Of a DNA stretch of 64,000 nt, positions 9,500 through 19,550 are shown one piece after another (within the stretch, counting starts at the first letter, position 1; each line of letters opens with the position of its first letter). The stretch spans positions 608,725 through 672,724 of the forward strand of contig JBFWJC010000002.1 in the NCBI GenBank assembly GCA_050253415.1, in the 5' to 3' direction. The translations under genes were made by a program, and so were the position numbers. The notes beneath the pieces were generated by a model. It did no database searches. It was not told the DNA's origin and was given only the letters and a program-made list of their open reading frames with translations. Origin of the DNA: Pedobacter sp. Its GTDB lineage: Bacteria > Desulfobacterota > Desulfuromonadia > Desulfuromonadales > Syntrophotaleaceae.

Positions 9500-11014
9500 G
9501 TGAAGGAGAATCTTTTGGCGAATAAATGTTGGCAATGTACGGTTTGCGGATATGTCCATGTCGGGGCAAATTTGCCTGAATGTTGTCCTGTCTGTGGGGT
9601 AGATAAGGATTTGTTTGAAGAAAAGAAGGAGGAGTCCTCTTGCCTGGACAATCGGATACCCCGGGCCTGGCGTTGCCTGGTATGTAACTATATACATGAA
9701 GGTGAGACACCTCCTGAGACTTGCCCGGTTTGCGGTGCCGGCGCCGATCAGTTTGAGCCTGTTTCGCCGGAGCCCTCGAATAGTAAAAGTCTTGAGACCA
9801 GTGAAGTTATCGTGATTGTCGGGGCAGGTATTTCCGGACTCTCCGCGGCAGCCGCTGCGCGAAAAAATGCGCCATCGGCGAAGATCACGATACTCAGCCG
9901 CGAAACTGAAATCCCCTATTATCGGCTGAATCTTACCCGTTACCTTGCCGGTGAGCTGACAGCGCAGCAATTACAGATTCATCCGCCACAGTGGTATGAA
10001 GATAACCGTATCGATCTGTCTCTTGGTGTCGAAGTAACGGCTATTGATGCTACCCGCAAAGTTCTCCGTCTCCGGGGGCAGGAGGATATATCCTACGACA
10101 AATTGATCCTGTCCGTGGGGGCGCACTCTTTTATTCCACCGGTCAGTGGCGCGGAAAAAGATGGCGTCAAGGCATTGCGGACACAACAGGATGCTACGGA
10201 TATCCTGGAAAAAGCACAGCCGAATAAGAACTGTGTGGTGATCGGAGGCGGTGTCCTGGGGCTGGAAACGGCAGCGGCTCTGGCGCGCCGCGGCGTGCAA
10301 GTCACTATCGTCGAAGGTTTCGACTGGTTGCTGCCGCGTCAACTGACCCGTGCTGCCGGTGAACGTTTGGCCGGTTATGTTGAAAAGCTCGGCATTCGCC
10401 TGATTTGCGGAGGGCGTGTTCAAAGTCTTGCAGGCGGACAGGCTGTGACCGGTGTGGCTTTGGCTTCAGGGGAGGTTATTGCCGCGGAATTGGTGGTTTT
10501 TGCTGCAGGTGTGCGCTGCAACAGCGCCTTGGCCCGGCAGGCCAACCTGTCAGTGAATAACGGTATCCTGGTGGATAACGCCATGCGTACTTCCAACGCC
10601 GATATTTTTGCCGTTGGCGATGTTGCGGAACATCAGGGGGTCATTTACGGGACCTGGGTGCCGGCGCAGCTGCAGGGGGAAGTTGCCGGAACCAATGCCG
10701 CAGGCGGTAACGATAGTTTTACCGGTATCTCCCGCTCCAATATCCTTAAAGTACTCGATGTTGATCTGTTCAGTATCGGTCAGGTGCACCCTGAAGACGG
10801 TAGTTATCAGGTTTTCGAGGATCACGGCGATGATCGCTATGCTTTGTTTGTATTCCGCAATTCTTTTCTTGTCGGCGCCATCCTTATGGGGGATACGAGC
10901 CTGTCCTCGCGGGTCAAGAAATTGATTGAACAACAGATCAGTTGCACACAGCTTCTTGTCGGCGCGGATACGGGTGGGATCATACGGGAACGTTTGGTTG
11001 CCGGTACGGTCTAA
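9500..11014 (+). CDS. FAD/NAD(P)H-dependent oxidoreductase with two N-terminal rubredoxin-like domains
   Basis: Two 'WxCxVCxYxH...CPVCG' units, GxGxxG, 'IGGGVLGLE', 'IFAVGDVAE'; GTG start. Confidence 0.85.
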   Translation: MKENLLANKCWQCTVCGYVHVGANLPECCPVCGVDKDLFEEKKEESSCLDNRIPRAWRCLVCNYIHEGETPPETCPVCGAGADQFEPVSPEPSNSKSLETSEVIVIVGAGISGLSAAAAARKNAPSAKITILSRETEIPYYRLNLTRYLAGELTAQQLQIHPPQWYEDNRIDLSLGVEVTAIDATRKVLRLRGQEDISYDKLILSVGAHSFIPPVSGAEKDGVKALRTQQDATDILEKAQPNKNCVVIGGGVLGLETAAALARRGVQVTIVEGFDWLLPRQLTRAAGERLAGYVEKLGIRLICGGRVQSLAGGQAVTGVALASGEVIAAELVVFAAGVRCNSALARQANLSVNNGILVDNAMRTSNADIFAVGDVAEHQGVIYGTWVPAQLQGEVAGTNAAGGNDSFTGISRSNILKVLDVDLFSIGQVHPEDGSYQVFEDHGDDRYALFVFRNSFLVGAILMGDTSLSSRVKKLIEQQISCTQLLVGADTGGIIRERLVAGTV

Positions 11015-11273
11015 GCTCGGTCTTCAACATTTGCTGATGTGCCTGAAATCGACCGTTTGCGGAAAATAAACACGCTGGTATATCACCGGATCGGCCGAGG
11101 CATAGACTTTCTGGTCCGTGGGCAGGTTGAACGCGGTTGTGATACAGTAGGCTGCTTATTTACTTGATTTACGGGGCCGCAACGGAGCTGACGGATTTGG
11201 CAGTTTCTGTTTCGTCGGTACGTCTGGCGTGATCGACGTCGATATGGCTCAAGTTTACTCAGAAAGGGCGGAC

Positions 11274-11696
11274 ATGTTACGTGGTGCGGCAGGAATACTG
11301 ATCGGTTTGTTGTTGATTTTATGTTTCGCTGGCTGCAGCGATACCGTTTCCCGCGATCTTGGCGATTATGTCGGTGAGTGGACTTCGCCAAATATGCACC
11401 TTCTTATCACCCCTGATGGATCGGTGAAATATAGAAGGATCAAACAAGGGGGGCGCGTTTCGCTGACCGGTACTTTGAAGGGTTTCAAAGGGCATGATTT
11501 TATCGTTCGGTACTGGCTGTTTTCAACCACCTTCGAGGTTTCAGTCCCGCCCCATGAGGAAAATGGCGAGTGGCATATGGTGGTGGATGGCGTAGACCTG
11601 GTTCGTTCCCGGCGCCCGCAGCAACCCTTTCCGCAGGATGGTTCGCCAAAGTCCTTGCAAGTCAGGTTTAACAATCAGGTGATGCGCCAGGCTTAA
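11274..11696 (+). CDS. Hypothetical lipoprotein
   Basis: Signal peptide with lipobox 'FAGC'. Confidence 0.65.
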   Translation: MLRGAAGILIGLLLILCFAGCSDTVSRDLGDYVGEWTSPNMHLLITPDGSVKYRRIKQGGRVSLTGTLKGFKGHDFIVRYWLFSTTFEVSVPPHEENGEWHMVVDGVDLVRSRRPQQPFPQDGSPKSLQVRFNNQVMRQA

Positions 11697-11720
11697 TGGT
11701 TGGAGCGCGAGGTGGTACCG

Positions 11721-13058
11721 ATGTGCAAAAAGTGGCTGTGGAAACTAATAATGCTCATGCTACCGGTGTTGGTGACGGCTTGTCAGACGCAGGTCGAGCA
11801 TCGGGACCTTCTGGATCTTCAGCTGTTGCCACAGAATCTCACGGCATATGTCGTGACAGATAACGCAGCGCGTGCACTGCTGCCTGCTGAACGCCAGAAA
11901 CAATGGTCCGATGACTATCGCCGCCGTTTTCTGGCCCCATGGCAGGCTACCTGGGAAGGACGCCCCATCCACGAGTTGTTTGGCATTCGTGAGTGGTTGC
12001 TGAATAATCTGGTATTTGGTAGTAATTATCGGCCTGTTCCCCTGCAACTCCGGCAACAATGGTTGTTGCTTTGTGCTGAGACGGAATTCCCCAATGCCGA
12101 TTACCCTGCCATAACCCTGCGTGCTTCCAATATAAGGGGGCTGCCAACGCGGCAACCGGCCTTTTATGACTTCACCCTGCCGGGCGAAGGGTTCCCTTTT
12201 GATTATCTGCAAAATTCCTCCATTCCGGCTAGCGTGCCGGTGCGGGTTCGCCAGCATTCGGCTGATGGAGGTTGGTTGCTGGTTGAAACCGATGCCATGT
12301 TTGGATGGATTCCGGCAACGGATGTTGCCCCGGTCGATGAGGCGTTCATACGGCAATATACGACATCGGCATGGTCGGTCGTGACCCAGGATGATGTCTT
12401 GTTGACCGGTGATGACGGTGACGTCCTGGCCACCGCAGCCCTGGGAAGTATCTGGGTGCAATCGATGCCCGATAAGGTTTGGGTGGCCATGCGTGGCGAC
12501 AATGGTCATGCAACGTTGCGGCCGGCCGCGATGCCAGCCGGTGCGGCGCAACCTTTTCCTTTGCCTCTGACGCCTGGTCTTATGGCGGAGCTCGGCAATC
12601 ATCTGCTCGGTAAACCTTATGACTGGGGTGGGCAGTTCGGGGGCCGAGACTGTTCCGCCACCGTGCGCGATCTTTTTGCCTGTTTCGGTCTGTATCTGCC
12701 GCGCAATTCCGCCGGGCAGGCCAAGGTCGGGGAAAGACTGAATCTAAAGCACTTGCCTGCAAAGGAGCGCGAGCGATTCATCATGAGCCAAGCGGAGCCT
12801 TGGTTGTCCCTGGCATACATGCCGGGACATATCATGTTGTATGTGGGCATATTCAAAGACCAGCCGGTTTTCCTGCACACCTTGTGGGGTGTAAAGACCA
12901 AAAATCGCCACGCAAAGGCAGGACGCCATCTCGTGGGGCAAACCGTCATCACCGGGTTACGTCCAGGCGATGAACTAAGCGACCTGATGCGGCCTGAAGG
13001 ACTGTTGCTTGAGCGGATCGAGGGTATGGTGCTGCTCGGAGGCGTTGCCGAACCATGA
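11721..13058 (+). CDS. NlpC/P60 peptidoglycan endopeptidase lipoprotein with SH3-like domains
   Basis: Lipobox 'VTAC'; 'GKPYDWGG...RDCS', 'LPRNS..Q', 'GHIMLYVG'. Confidence 0.88.
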   Translation: MCKKWLWKLIMLMLPVLVTACQTQVEHRDLLDLQLLPQNLTAYVVTDNAARALLPAERQKQWSDDYRRRFLAPWQATWEGRPIHELFGIREWLLNNLVFGSNYRPVPLQLRQQWLLLCAETEFPNADYPAITLRASNIRGLPTRQPAFYDFTLPGEGFPFDYLQNSSIPASVPVRVRQHSADGGWLLVETDAMFGWIPATDVAPVDEAFIRQYTTSAWSVVTQDDVLLTGDDGDVLATAALGSIWVQSMPDKVWVAMRGDNGHATLRPAAMPAGAAQPFPLPLTPGLMAELGNHLLGKPYDWGGQFGGRDCSATVRDLFACFGLYLPRNSAGQAKVGERLNLKHLPAKERERFIMSQAEPWLSLAYMPGHIMLYVGIFKDQPVFLHTLWGVKTKNRHAKAGRHLVGQTVITGLRPGDELSDLMRPEGLLLERIEGMVLLGGVAEP

Positions 13059-13129
13059 CTTCTTGGGGCCATCGGTTTGAATCTATGCGAACGATCAATG
13101 TGAAAATTTTATTTCAGGGAGAGACAGCT

Positions 13130-13915
13130 ATGCAATGGATGCGTTTGAAAACGGCAGCACTGACCGCTATATTATTGATGTTCTGTTGCCTGCCGGCCGT
13201 GGCGGGGCAGGATACCCTGGTGCAGGTCTCGACTATCGATGCCTTGCTGAGCGGCTTGTACGATGGCACCATGACCATCGCTGAATTGCGCCAGAGCGGC
13301 GGTTTTGGTATCGGTACCTTTGATCGTCTCAACGGTGAGATGGTGATGCTCGATGGTATCGTCTACCGGGTACGTAGCGACGGCAAGGTGGATCTGGTGC
13401 CTGATACGGATACCACGCCCTTTGCAGCCGTAACCTTTTTTGAATCCGAACTCCGTCGAGATATCCCATCCGGCAGCGATTTCTTAATGTTTCAGCAATG
13501 GCTCGACTCCTTGCTGCCAAATTTGAACCTGTTTTATGCGGTGCGGATCGAAGGGCATTTTCGCGTCATGAAAACCCGTAGTGTGCCACAACAGGTAAAA
13601 CCCTATCCGGCGTTGGCCGAAGTTGCCAGGCATCAGCCGGAGTTTGAATTTGAGGATGTCGAAGGCGTGATTGTCGGTTATCGTTCCCCGGCTTTTGTCA
13701 AAGGTATCGGAGTGCCGGGTTACCATCTGCATTTTCTTACCAGCGATCGTAAGGCGGGGGGGCATATCCTTGCCTTTACGGTACAGCAGGCCACGGTCGA
13801 CGTCGACCAAACCAGCGAGATTTTATTGCGCTTGCCCGAGTCGAAGGCATTTGGGGGCGTTGATCTGGGCCAGGACCGCAGTGCGGACCTGAAACAGGTT
13901 GAACAGGAGAGATAA
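13130..13915 (+). CDS. budA: Alpha-acetolactate decarboxylase with signal peptide
   Basis: 'QVSTIDALLSGLYDG', 'GIGTF..LNGE', Zn ligands 'GYHLHF...GGH'. Confidence 0.88.
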   Translation: MQWMRLKTAALTAILLMFCCLPAVAGQDTLVQVSTIDALLSGLYDGTMTIAELRQSGGFGIGTFDRLNGEMVMLDGIVYRVRSDGKVDLVPDTDTTPFAAVTFFESELRRDIPSGSDFLMFQQWLDSLLPNLNLFYAVRIEGHFRVMKTRSVPQQVKPYPALAEVARHQPEFEFEDVEGVIVGYRSPAFVKGIGVPGYHLHFLTSDRKAGGHILAFTVQQATVDVDQTSEILLRLPESKAFGGVDLGQDRSADLKQVEQER

Positions 13916-14066
13916 AGACGTTCGCAACGTCGGGAATTGCCGATTTGCCCAGCTGTTAAGCGAGAGTTGCAGTCGTTGATTTCTAGGATAATCTGATCAG
14001 ACAGTCTCGTCGAAGTTTTCTTGTAAGATCGCTGCTCAGCAGCCTGTGCGGTTACCAGGGAGAGGT

Positions 14067-15386
14067 ATGATGACCTTTCGATTCGCATTTCTTAAACAAC
14101 CTTTCGAGGACTTTTTTAAGCATCAGGCCTCCGGCGGCATTGTCTTGTTCGGTGCCACGATCCTGGCCATGGTCCTGGCCAATTCGCCCTGGAGCGAAAC
14201 CTATTTTCATTTCTGGGAACTCAAATTAACCATCGGCTTCGATCATTTCGGTTTGACCCAGACGCTGCATCATTGGATCAATGATGGCCTGATGGCCGTA
14301 TTTTTTTTCCTGGTTGGGCTGGAGCTTAAACGGGAATTCATGGCTGGTGAGCTGGCCAGTTTTCGCCAGGCGATGCTTCCGATTGCCGCAGCTATTGGCG
14401 GGATGGTGGTGCCGGCTGTGATTTTTTACCTGATGAATCCTGTCGGGCCGGAAGCAGCAGGTTGGGGCATCCCTATGGCGACCGATATTGCCTTTGCCCT
14501 GGGAATACTGGCTCTGCTTAAGGGGAAGATATCGAGATCCCTGGCTATTTTCCTTACCGCCCTGGCTATTGTCGACGACCTCGGTGCCGTACTGGTCATC
14601 GCCTTGTTTTATAGCGGTGAGCTGGCTTTTGTGCAATTGGCGATAGCCCTGGGTCTGTTGTTGGTGCTGATTGTCGGAAATCGTATGGGAGTACAGTCGC
14701 TCAATTTTTATGGCCTGATAGGGGTTTGCCTATGGGTAGCGTTGCTGAAATCCGGAGTGCACGGCTCGATTGCCGGGGTATTGGTCGGGGCAGTCATCCC
14801 CGCGCGGCCACGTCTGCCCCACAAAGAGTTTGTAACGCTCACCGAACACTACATGGGGCGCTATAAAGAAGTCGGGGAGGTTCCCGGACCTTTTCATCAT
14901 GAGGAACGCCTTGGTGCGTTGCTTGCCCTCGAACATATCTGTCACGATGCCATGAGTTCGCTGCAGCGCATGGAACACCAGCTTCAGCACTGGGTCATTT
15001 TTGGCGTGATTCCCATCTTCGCTCTGGCCAACGCGGGTTTGGTGCTACGCTGGCAGGATCTGGCCACCGGATTGACCCATCCGGTAACCATCGGAGTCGT
15101 CCTTGGTCTGCTGATCGGTAAGCCGCTCGGGATCCTGGTCTTTTCATGGATCTCGGTGCGCAGTGGACTGTGCGCGCTGCCGCGTGGGACCTCCTGGTTG
15201 GAAGTGCTTGGCGTCGGTATTCTCGGCGGGATAGGATTTACCATGTCGTTATTTATCAGCAATCTTGCTTATATCAATATATCCCTCTCTAATAACGCCA
15301 AACTTGGTATTTTTATCGCCTCGCTGCTGGCCGGTGCGATCGGATTTATGCTCCTCTCCCGTGTAGCTTCTCGCAAGATGACATGA
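14067..15386 (+). CDS. nhaA: Na+/H+ antiporter NhaA
   Basis: 'HWINDGLMAVFF', 'GWGIPMATDIAF', 'LAIVDD', 'GIGFTMSLFI'. Confidence 0.95.
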   Translation: MMTFRFAFLKQPFEDFFKHQASGGIVLFGATILAMVLANSPWSETYFHFWELKLTIGFDHFGLTQTLHHWINDGLMAVFFFLVGLELKREFMAGELASFRQAMLPIAAAIGGMVVPAVIFYLMNPVGPEAAGWGIPMATDIAFALGILALLKGKISRSLAIFLTALAIVDDLGAVLVIALFYSGELAFVQLAIALGLLLVLIVGNRMGVQSLNFYGLIGVCLWVALLKSGVHGSIAGVLVGAVIPARPRLPHKEFVTLTEHYMGRYKEVGEVPGPFHHEERLGALLALEHICHDAMSSLQRMEHQLQHWVIFGVIPIFALANAGLVLRWQDLATGLTHPVTIGVVLGLLIGKPLGILVFSWISVRSGLCALPRGTSWLEVLGVGILGGIGFTMSLFISNLAYINISLSNNAKLGIFIASLLAGAIGFMLLSRVASRKMT

Positions 15387-15539
15387 TGGCCAATTTCGAG
15401 GTCTTTGTTGCGCTACGGGGCTCTCTGTCCTCTTTTGGACCACCTCTTGAATCGGAGTGTTCGTCCTTGTTTTTACCGTTGGTACTCCTAAGTTTCTGAA
15501 TTTATACGTTTATTTTTGAAGTGAAAAAAAATTCAAAAC

Positions 15540-15555
15540 TGGCAGAGCCTTTGCA
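15540..15555 (+). promoter_or_regulatory. Sigma54 promoter upstream of the hgtR-like gene
   Basis: TGGCAGAGCCTTTGCA = GG-N10-GC, about 90 nt before the ATG. Confidence 0.75.
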
Positions 15556-15642
15556 ATAGTGTATACAAAAAATAGCCGGTCATAATCGTTGGGCCGGTTT
15601 CTGTTGGTTGCGATGAGATTAGGGACACAAAGGAGACACCAA

Positions 15643-15801
15643 ATGGGAAAAAGTGTAGAAAACCCGAAAAAAAACATCATTTCCTGCCGAGTTAACGATC
15701 GGGAAATGGAGGCATTGCAGGATCTCGCGAAAAAAGCCGGCACCAATATTTCCGACCTGGTGCGTCAGAGTATCATGTCTCTGGCTCACAGCCATGGCTG
15801 A
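15643..15801 (+). CDS. hgtR: Small ribbon-helix-helix repressor, HgtR family (52 aa)
   Basis: MGKSVENPKKNIISCRVNDRE...ISDLVRQ resembles Geobacter HgtR (MGK..ENP..N.IS.R); AAGGAG RBS; sigma54 promoter. Confidence 0.72.
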   Translation: MGKSVENPKKNIISCRVNDREMEALQDLAKKAGTNISDLVRQSIMSLAHSHG

Positions 15802-15898
15802 TCCCTCCTGATTATCCTCCCCCTATGCTTATGGTTGTGAATCGACGCTCTGTCGGTGGCTGATTGATTTTAATATTTATCCTTATTGAAGGTTTTTG

Positions 15899-15940
15899 AG
15901 GGCTGCTCAACTTGCGCTGAAGCGCGATGGGCAGCCCTTT
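15899..15940 (+). terminator. Putative terminator of the hgtR-like transcript
   Basis: AGGGCTGCTCA...TGGGCAGCCCT stem followed by T's. Confidence 0.6.
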
Positions 15941-16042
15941 GTCTTACCGCCGAGTCCGCCTTTTTGCTTGACTTATGCAGGCGTTTTGCTACTTTATCAG
16001 ACTTGTTTTTTTGCCACCCAGCAGCCCTTCGGGAGGAATGCA

Positions 16043-18826
16043 ATGGACTACAAACAGACCCTTAATCTGCCTGAAACCGAATTTCCCATGCGTGGCAACC
16101 TGCCCAAACGGGAACCTGAAATTCTTGAACGGTGGCAGAGCATGGGGCTTTATGAAAAGATGGAACAGGCCGGTCGCAATCGGCCCAATTTTACGTTGCA
16201 TGACGGCCCCCCTTATGCCAATGGTCACATTCATATCGGTCATGCCCTGAATAAAATCCTCAAGGACATTGTCCTTAAAAGCCGTCGTATGCAGGGTTTT
16301 TACGCGCCCTATGTGCCGGGCTGGGATTGCCACGGACTGCCCATCGAGCTGATGGTGGACAAGCAACTCGGCAAAAAGAAGCGGGATATGACCAAGGTCG
16401 AGATCCGCAAGGAGTGTCGCTCCTATGCCGAGCAGTGGGTCAAGATTCAAAGTGAGGAATTCGAACGCCTGGGCGTTTTTGGTGAGTGGGACAATCCGTA
16501 CCTGACCATGACCCATCATTACGAGGCGGTAACTGCCCGTGAATTGGCGCGATTCGTGGAAAAGGGCGGCCTTTTCAAGGGGAAAAAACCGATTCACTGG
16601 TGTTCCTCCTGTGTCACAGCTCTGGCCGAAGCCGAAGTGGAATACGCCGATCATACGTCGCCTTCCATCTACGTGAAATTTCCTTATGCTGACGATCTGC
16701 CGGCGGAATTGTCTGATCTCGCCGGGCGTAAGCTGTCGTTCGTCATCTGGACCACCACTCCCTGGACTATCCCCGCCAACCTCGGGATCTGTCTCAATCC
16801 GACCCTGCCTTACGCGATTGTCGAAACCGGCGACGAGTTGCTGGTGCTGGCTGAAGGTCTGGTGCAGACGGTTATGCAGCAACTCGGAGTGGACGATTTC
16901 CGGGTAATCAGGACCTTTGAGGCCCCGATTTTTGAGCGCAAGAACTGCCGTCATCCGTTTTACGACCGTCCCTCACTGCTCATTCTTGGTGACCATGTCA
17001 CTCTGGAAGCCGGTACCGGGTGCGTACATACCGCACCGGGGCATGGCCAGGATGACTATGTCGTTGGTCTGGCCTACGGGCTTGAGGTGTATAATCCGGT
17101 CGACGACTATGGTCGCTATTACGATAACGTTGAATTTTTCGGCCGCATGAAAATCAGCGACGCCAACGTCGCTGTGAATGCCAAGCTTACGGAAGTCGGC
17201 GCCCTGCTCAAGGAAGGCAAGGTCAGCCACAGCTATCCCCATTGCTGGCGTTGCAAAAAACCGATTATTTTCCGCGCCACCGAGCAATGGTTCATCTCCA
17301 TGGAAGCCAACGGCCTGCGCGACAAGGCCCTTAAGCATATCAACGATGTGACCTGGATTCCCCGCTGGGGCCGCGACCGCATCTACAATATGGTTGAAAA
17401 CCGCCCCGATTGGTGTATCAGCCGCCAGCGCAGCTGGGGGGTCCCCATCACGATCTTCTACTGTGCCAAGTGTGGCGAAGCGTTGGAAGACAGCAAAGTC
17501 ATGCATCATGTTGCCGATCTGTTCGAAGAAGGCAGCAGTGATCTCTGGTTCGAGAAAGAGGCGCGGGAACTGATGCCGGCAGGCACCACCTGTCCGTCCT
17601 GCGGCCATGACGACTTTACCAAAGAGACCGACATCCTCGACGTATGGTTCGATTCCGGCGTATCCCATGCAGCTGTGTTGGACCATCGCGATTATCTCAA
17701 CTGGCCGGCGGACCTTTACATGGAGGGCAGCGATCAGCATCGCGGCTGGTTCCATTCGAGCCTGCTGGCTTCCGTCGGGACCCGCGAGTTGACCCCCTAC
17801 AAGTCCGTGTTGACCCACGGTTTTGTGGTCGACGGCAAGGGTAAAAAAATGTCCAAGTCGGTGGGCAACGTCGTTGCTCCCGAAGAAGTCATCAAAAAGT
17901 ATGGCGCCGAGATTCTGCGTCTGTGGGTAGCCGCCCAGGATTACCGCGACGACATCCGCATCAGTGACGAGATTCTGCAACGGCTTTCCGATGCCTATCG
18001 GCGGATCCGCAATACGGCCCGCTATATCATCGGCAATCTGAGCGGTTTTGAGCCGTCCAGGGATATGGTGGCTGACGATCAGTTGATGGAACTGGACCGC
18101 TGGGCCCTCGCCAAGCTTGAGGATCTCGCCGGTCGGGTGGAAAAGGCCTATGAAAATTATGAATTTCACGTCATTTATCATGCCGTGCATAATTTCTGCA
18201 GCGTCGAGATGAGTGCTTTTTATCTGGATGTGCTCAAGGATCGTCTTTACGCCTCCGGAGCCACCAGCATCGAGCGCCGTAGCGCCCAGACCGCCATGTA
18301 CCGGATTCTCGATTGCGTAACGCGGTTGATTGCGCCGGTATTGTCGTTCACCGCCGATGAGATCTGGGATTTCATGCCTGGAGAACGTCCTGAGAATGTG
18401 CATCTGGCCGACTTCGTCCGGTTTGACACAAGTTTCCGTGACGCTGCGTTGGAAGAGCGTTACGATCGTCTGCTTGTTATCCGTTCGGATGTCTCCAAGG
18501 CCCTGGAAGTGGCGCGCAATGACAAGGTAGTCGGACACTCTCTCGATGCCCGCGTGTTGCTCAGCGCCCCTGCCGGTGCAACCCGTGATCTGCTCGAAAA
18601 ATATCGCGAGCAACTCGCCTCCATGTTTATTGTTTCCCAGGTTGAACTGGTTGATGATCTGCCGGATGCGATGCAGGGCGAGAACCAGACCGAGCTCAAA
18701 GTACGTGTCGAGAAAGCCCAGGGCGATAAATGCGAGCGCTGTTGGAATTATGCTACCTCCGTTGGACAGAACGCTGAACATCCCGCGCTTTGCCAACGGT
18801 GCGTAAAGGTGCTTGTCGGCCAATGA
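16043..18826 (+). CDS. ileS: Isoleucine--tRNA ligase
   Basis: HIGH and KMSKS motifs, 'WTTTPWT', C-terminal CERCW...C..C zinc finger; GGAGG RBS. Confidence 0.98.
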   Translation: MDYKQTLNLPETEFPMRGNLPKREPEILERWQSMGLYEKMEQAGRNRPNFTLHDGPPYANGHIHIGHALNKILKDIVLKSRRMQGFYAPYVPGWDCHGLPIELMVDKQLGKKKRDMTKVEIRKECRSYAEQWVKIQSEEFERLGVFGEWDNPYLTMTHHYEAVTARELARFVEKGGLFKGKKPIHWCSSCVTALAEAEVEYADHTSPSIYVKFPYADDLPAELSDLAGRKLSFVIWTTTPWTIPANLGICLNPTLPYAIVETGDELLVLAEGLVQTVMQQLGVDDFRVIRTFEAPIFERKNCRHPFYDRPSLLILGDHVTLEAGTGCVHTAPGHGQDDYVVGLAYGLEVYNPVDDYGRYYDNVEFFGRMKISDANVAVNAKLTEVGALLKEGKVSHSYPHCWRCKKPIIFRATEQWFISMEANGLRDKALKHINDVTWIPRWGRDRIYNMVENRPDWCISRQRSWGVPITIFYCAKCGEALEDSKVMHHVADLFEEGSSDLWFEKEARELMPAGTTCPSCGHDDFTKETDILDVWFDSGVSHAAVLDHRDYLNWPADLYMEGSDQHRGWFHSSLLASVGTRELTPYKSVLTHGFVVDGKGKKMSKSVGNVVAPEEVIKKYGAEILRLWVAAQDYRDDIRISDEILQRLSDAYRRIRNTARYIIGNLSGFEPSRDMVADDQLMELDRWALAKLEDLAGRVEKAYENYEFHVIYHAVHNFCSVEMSAFYLDVLKDRLYASGATSIERRSAQTAMYRILDCVTRLIAPVLSFTADEIWDFMPGERPENVHLADFVRFDTSFRDAALEERYDRLLVIRSDVSKALEVARNDKVVGHSLDARVLLSAPAGATRDLLEKYREQLASMFIVSQVELVDDLPDAMQGENQTELKVRVEKAQGDKCERCWNYATSVGQNAEHPALCQRCVKVLVGQ

Positions 18827-19308
18827 AAGGGACCCGCTACAATATGCTGCTGCTGATTGCCAGCCTGGTCGTAGTGGTCGATCAGGTTACCAAGTGGCTC
18901 ATCGTGCAAAACTTTCGGATGCACGAGGCGCTACCGGTAATCCCGAACTTTTTCGATCTGGTGTATGTACGCAATAAGGGAGCCGCTTTTGGAATTCTTG
19001 CGGATACCGGGTTTCGCGTACCCTTTTTGCTTACCACCACCATGGTCGCCGTGGTTTTTCTGGTGTGGTTTTATCGGCAGCTTAAGCCCGAGCAGGTCTT
19101 GTCTCGCTCGGCTCTGAGTATGGTCCTTGGTGGGGCCGTCGGTAATCTCATCGACCGGTTGCGACTGGGAGAAGTCATCGATTTTCTCGATGTTCACTGG
19201 TTTCAGCATCACTGGCCCGCATTTAACGTTGCCGATTCGGCCATTTGCGTCGGGGTGGGGATGTTGCTGCTGGCCCAGTGGCGGGACAGTCGGCAGTCTA
19301 AAGGCTAG
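18823..19308 (+). CDS. lspA: Lipoprotein signal peptidase II
   Basis: 'DQVTK', 'NKGAAFG', 'GNLIDR', 'VIDF', 'FNVADS'; ATGA overlap with ileS. Confidence 0.97.
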   Translation: MKGTRYNMLLLIASLVVVVDQVTKWLIVQNFRMHEALPVIPNFFDLVYVRNKGAAFGILADTGFRVPFLLTTTMVAVVFLVWFYRQLKPEQVLSRSALSMVLGGAVGNLIDRLRLGEVIDFLDVHWFQHHWPAFNVADSAICVGVGMLLLAQWRDSRQSKG

Positions 19309-19332
19309 AAATTGCTGATGGAATAAATCATT

Positions 19333-19370
19333 AAGCCGGCGCGATCTGTTTATCGTGCCGGCTTTTGTTT
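19333..19370 (+). terminator. Rho-independent terminator after lspA
   Basis: AAGCCGGCGCGAT...ATCGTGCCGGCTT plus T-tract. Confidence 0.75.
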
Positions 19371-19437
19371 TATTTGATCTTGACCGAAAAACAAGGTCTT
19401 GTTGTCTCGTGCTCGGAGCCTTGGATGGGCCTTCCCA

Positions 19438-19528
19438 ACCACGAAGAGCGCGAAGGAAGAGGATAAAGGAAAAATTCAACCATCAAAAATTGAAATGTAT
19501 TCTTCGTGCCCTTCGTGTCCTTCGTGGT
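19438..19528. repeat. Nonamer-periodic inverted-repeat element (CACGAAG.../...CTTCGTG), copy 1
   Basis: ACCACGAAGAGCGCGAAGG, AT-rich spacer, CTTCGTGCCCTTCGTGTCCTTCGTGGT. Confidence 0.8.
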
Positions 19529-19550
19529 AAATAACACTAAGGACGACCTC

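Noticed and set aside
13916..14066. nhaA-I/II or Na+ riboswitch upstream of nhaA
   Set aside because: No convincing consensus or stem pattern recognised.
15802..16042. T-box leader for ileS
   Set aside because: No T-box consensus (GGTGGnACCGCG) seen; the hairpin fits the upstream gene's terminator and a sigma70-like promoter (15968-15995) follows it.
16973..18823. 616-aa antisense ORF inside ileS, and similar long shadow ORFs at 33570-34901, 39401-40672 and 22372-23463
   Set aside because: They mirror well-supported genes on the opposite strand and carry no recognisable motifs; expected in GC-rich coding DNA.
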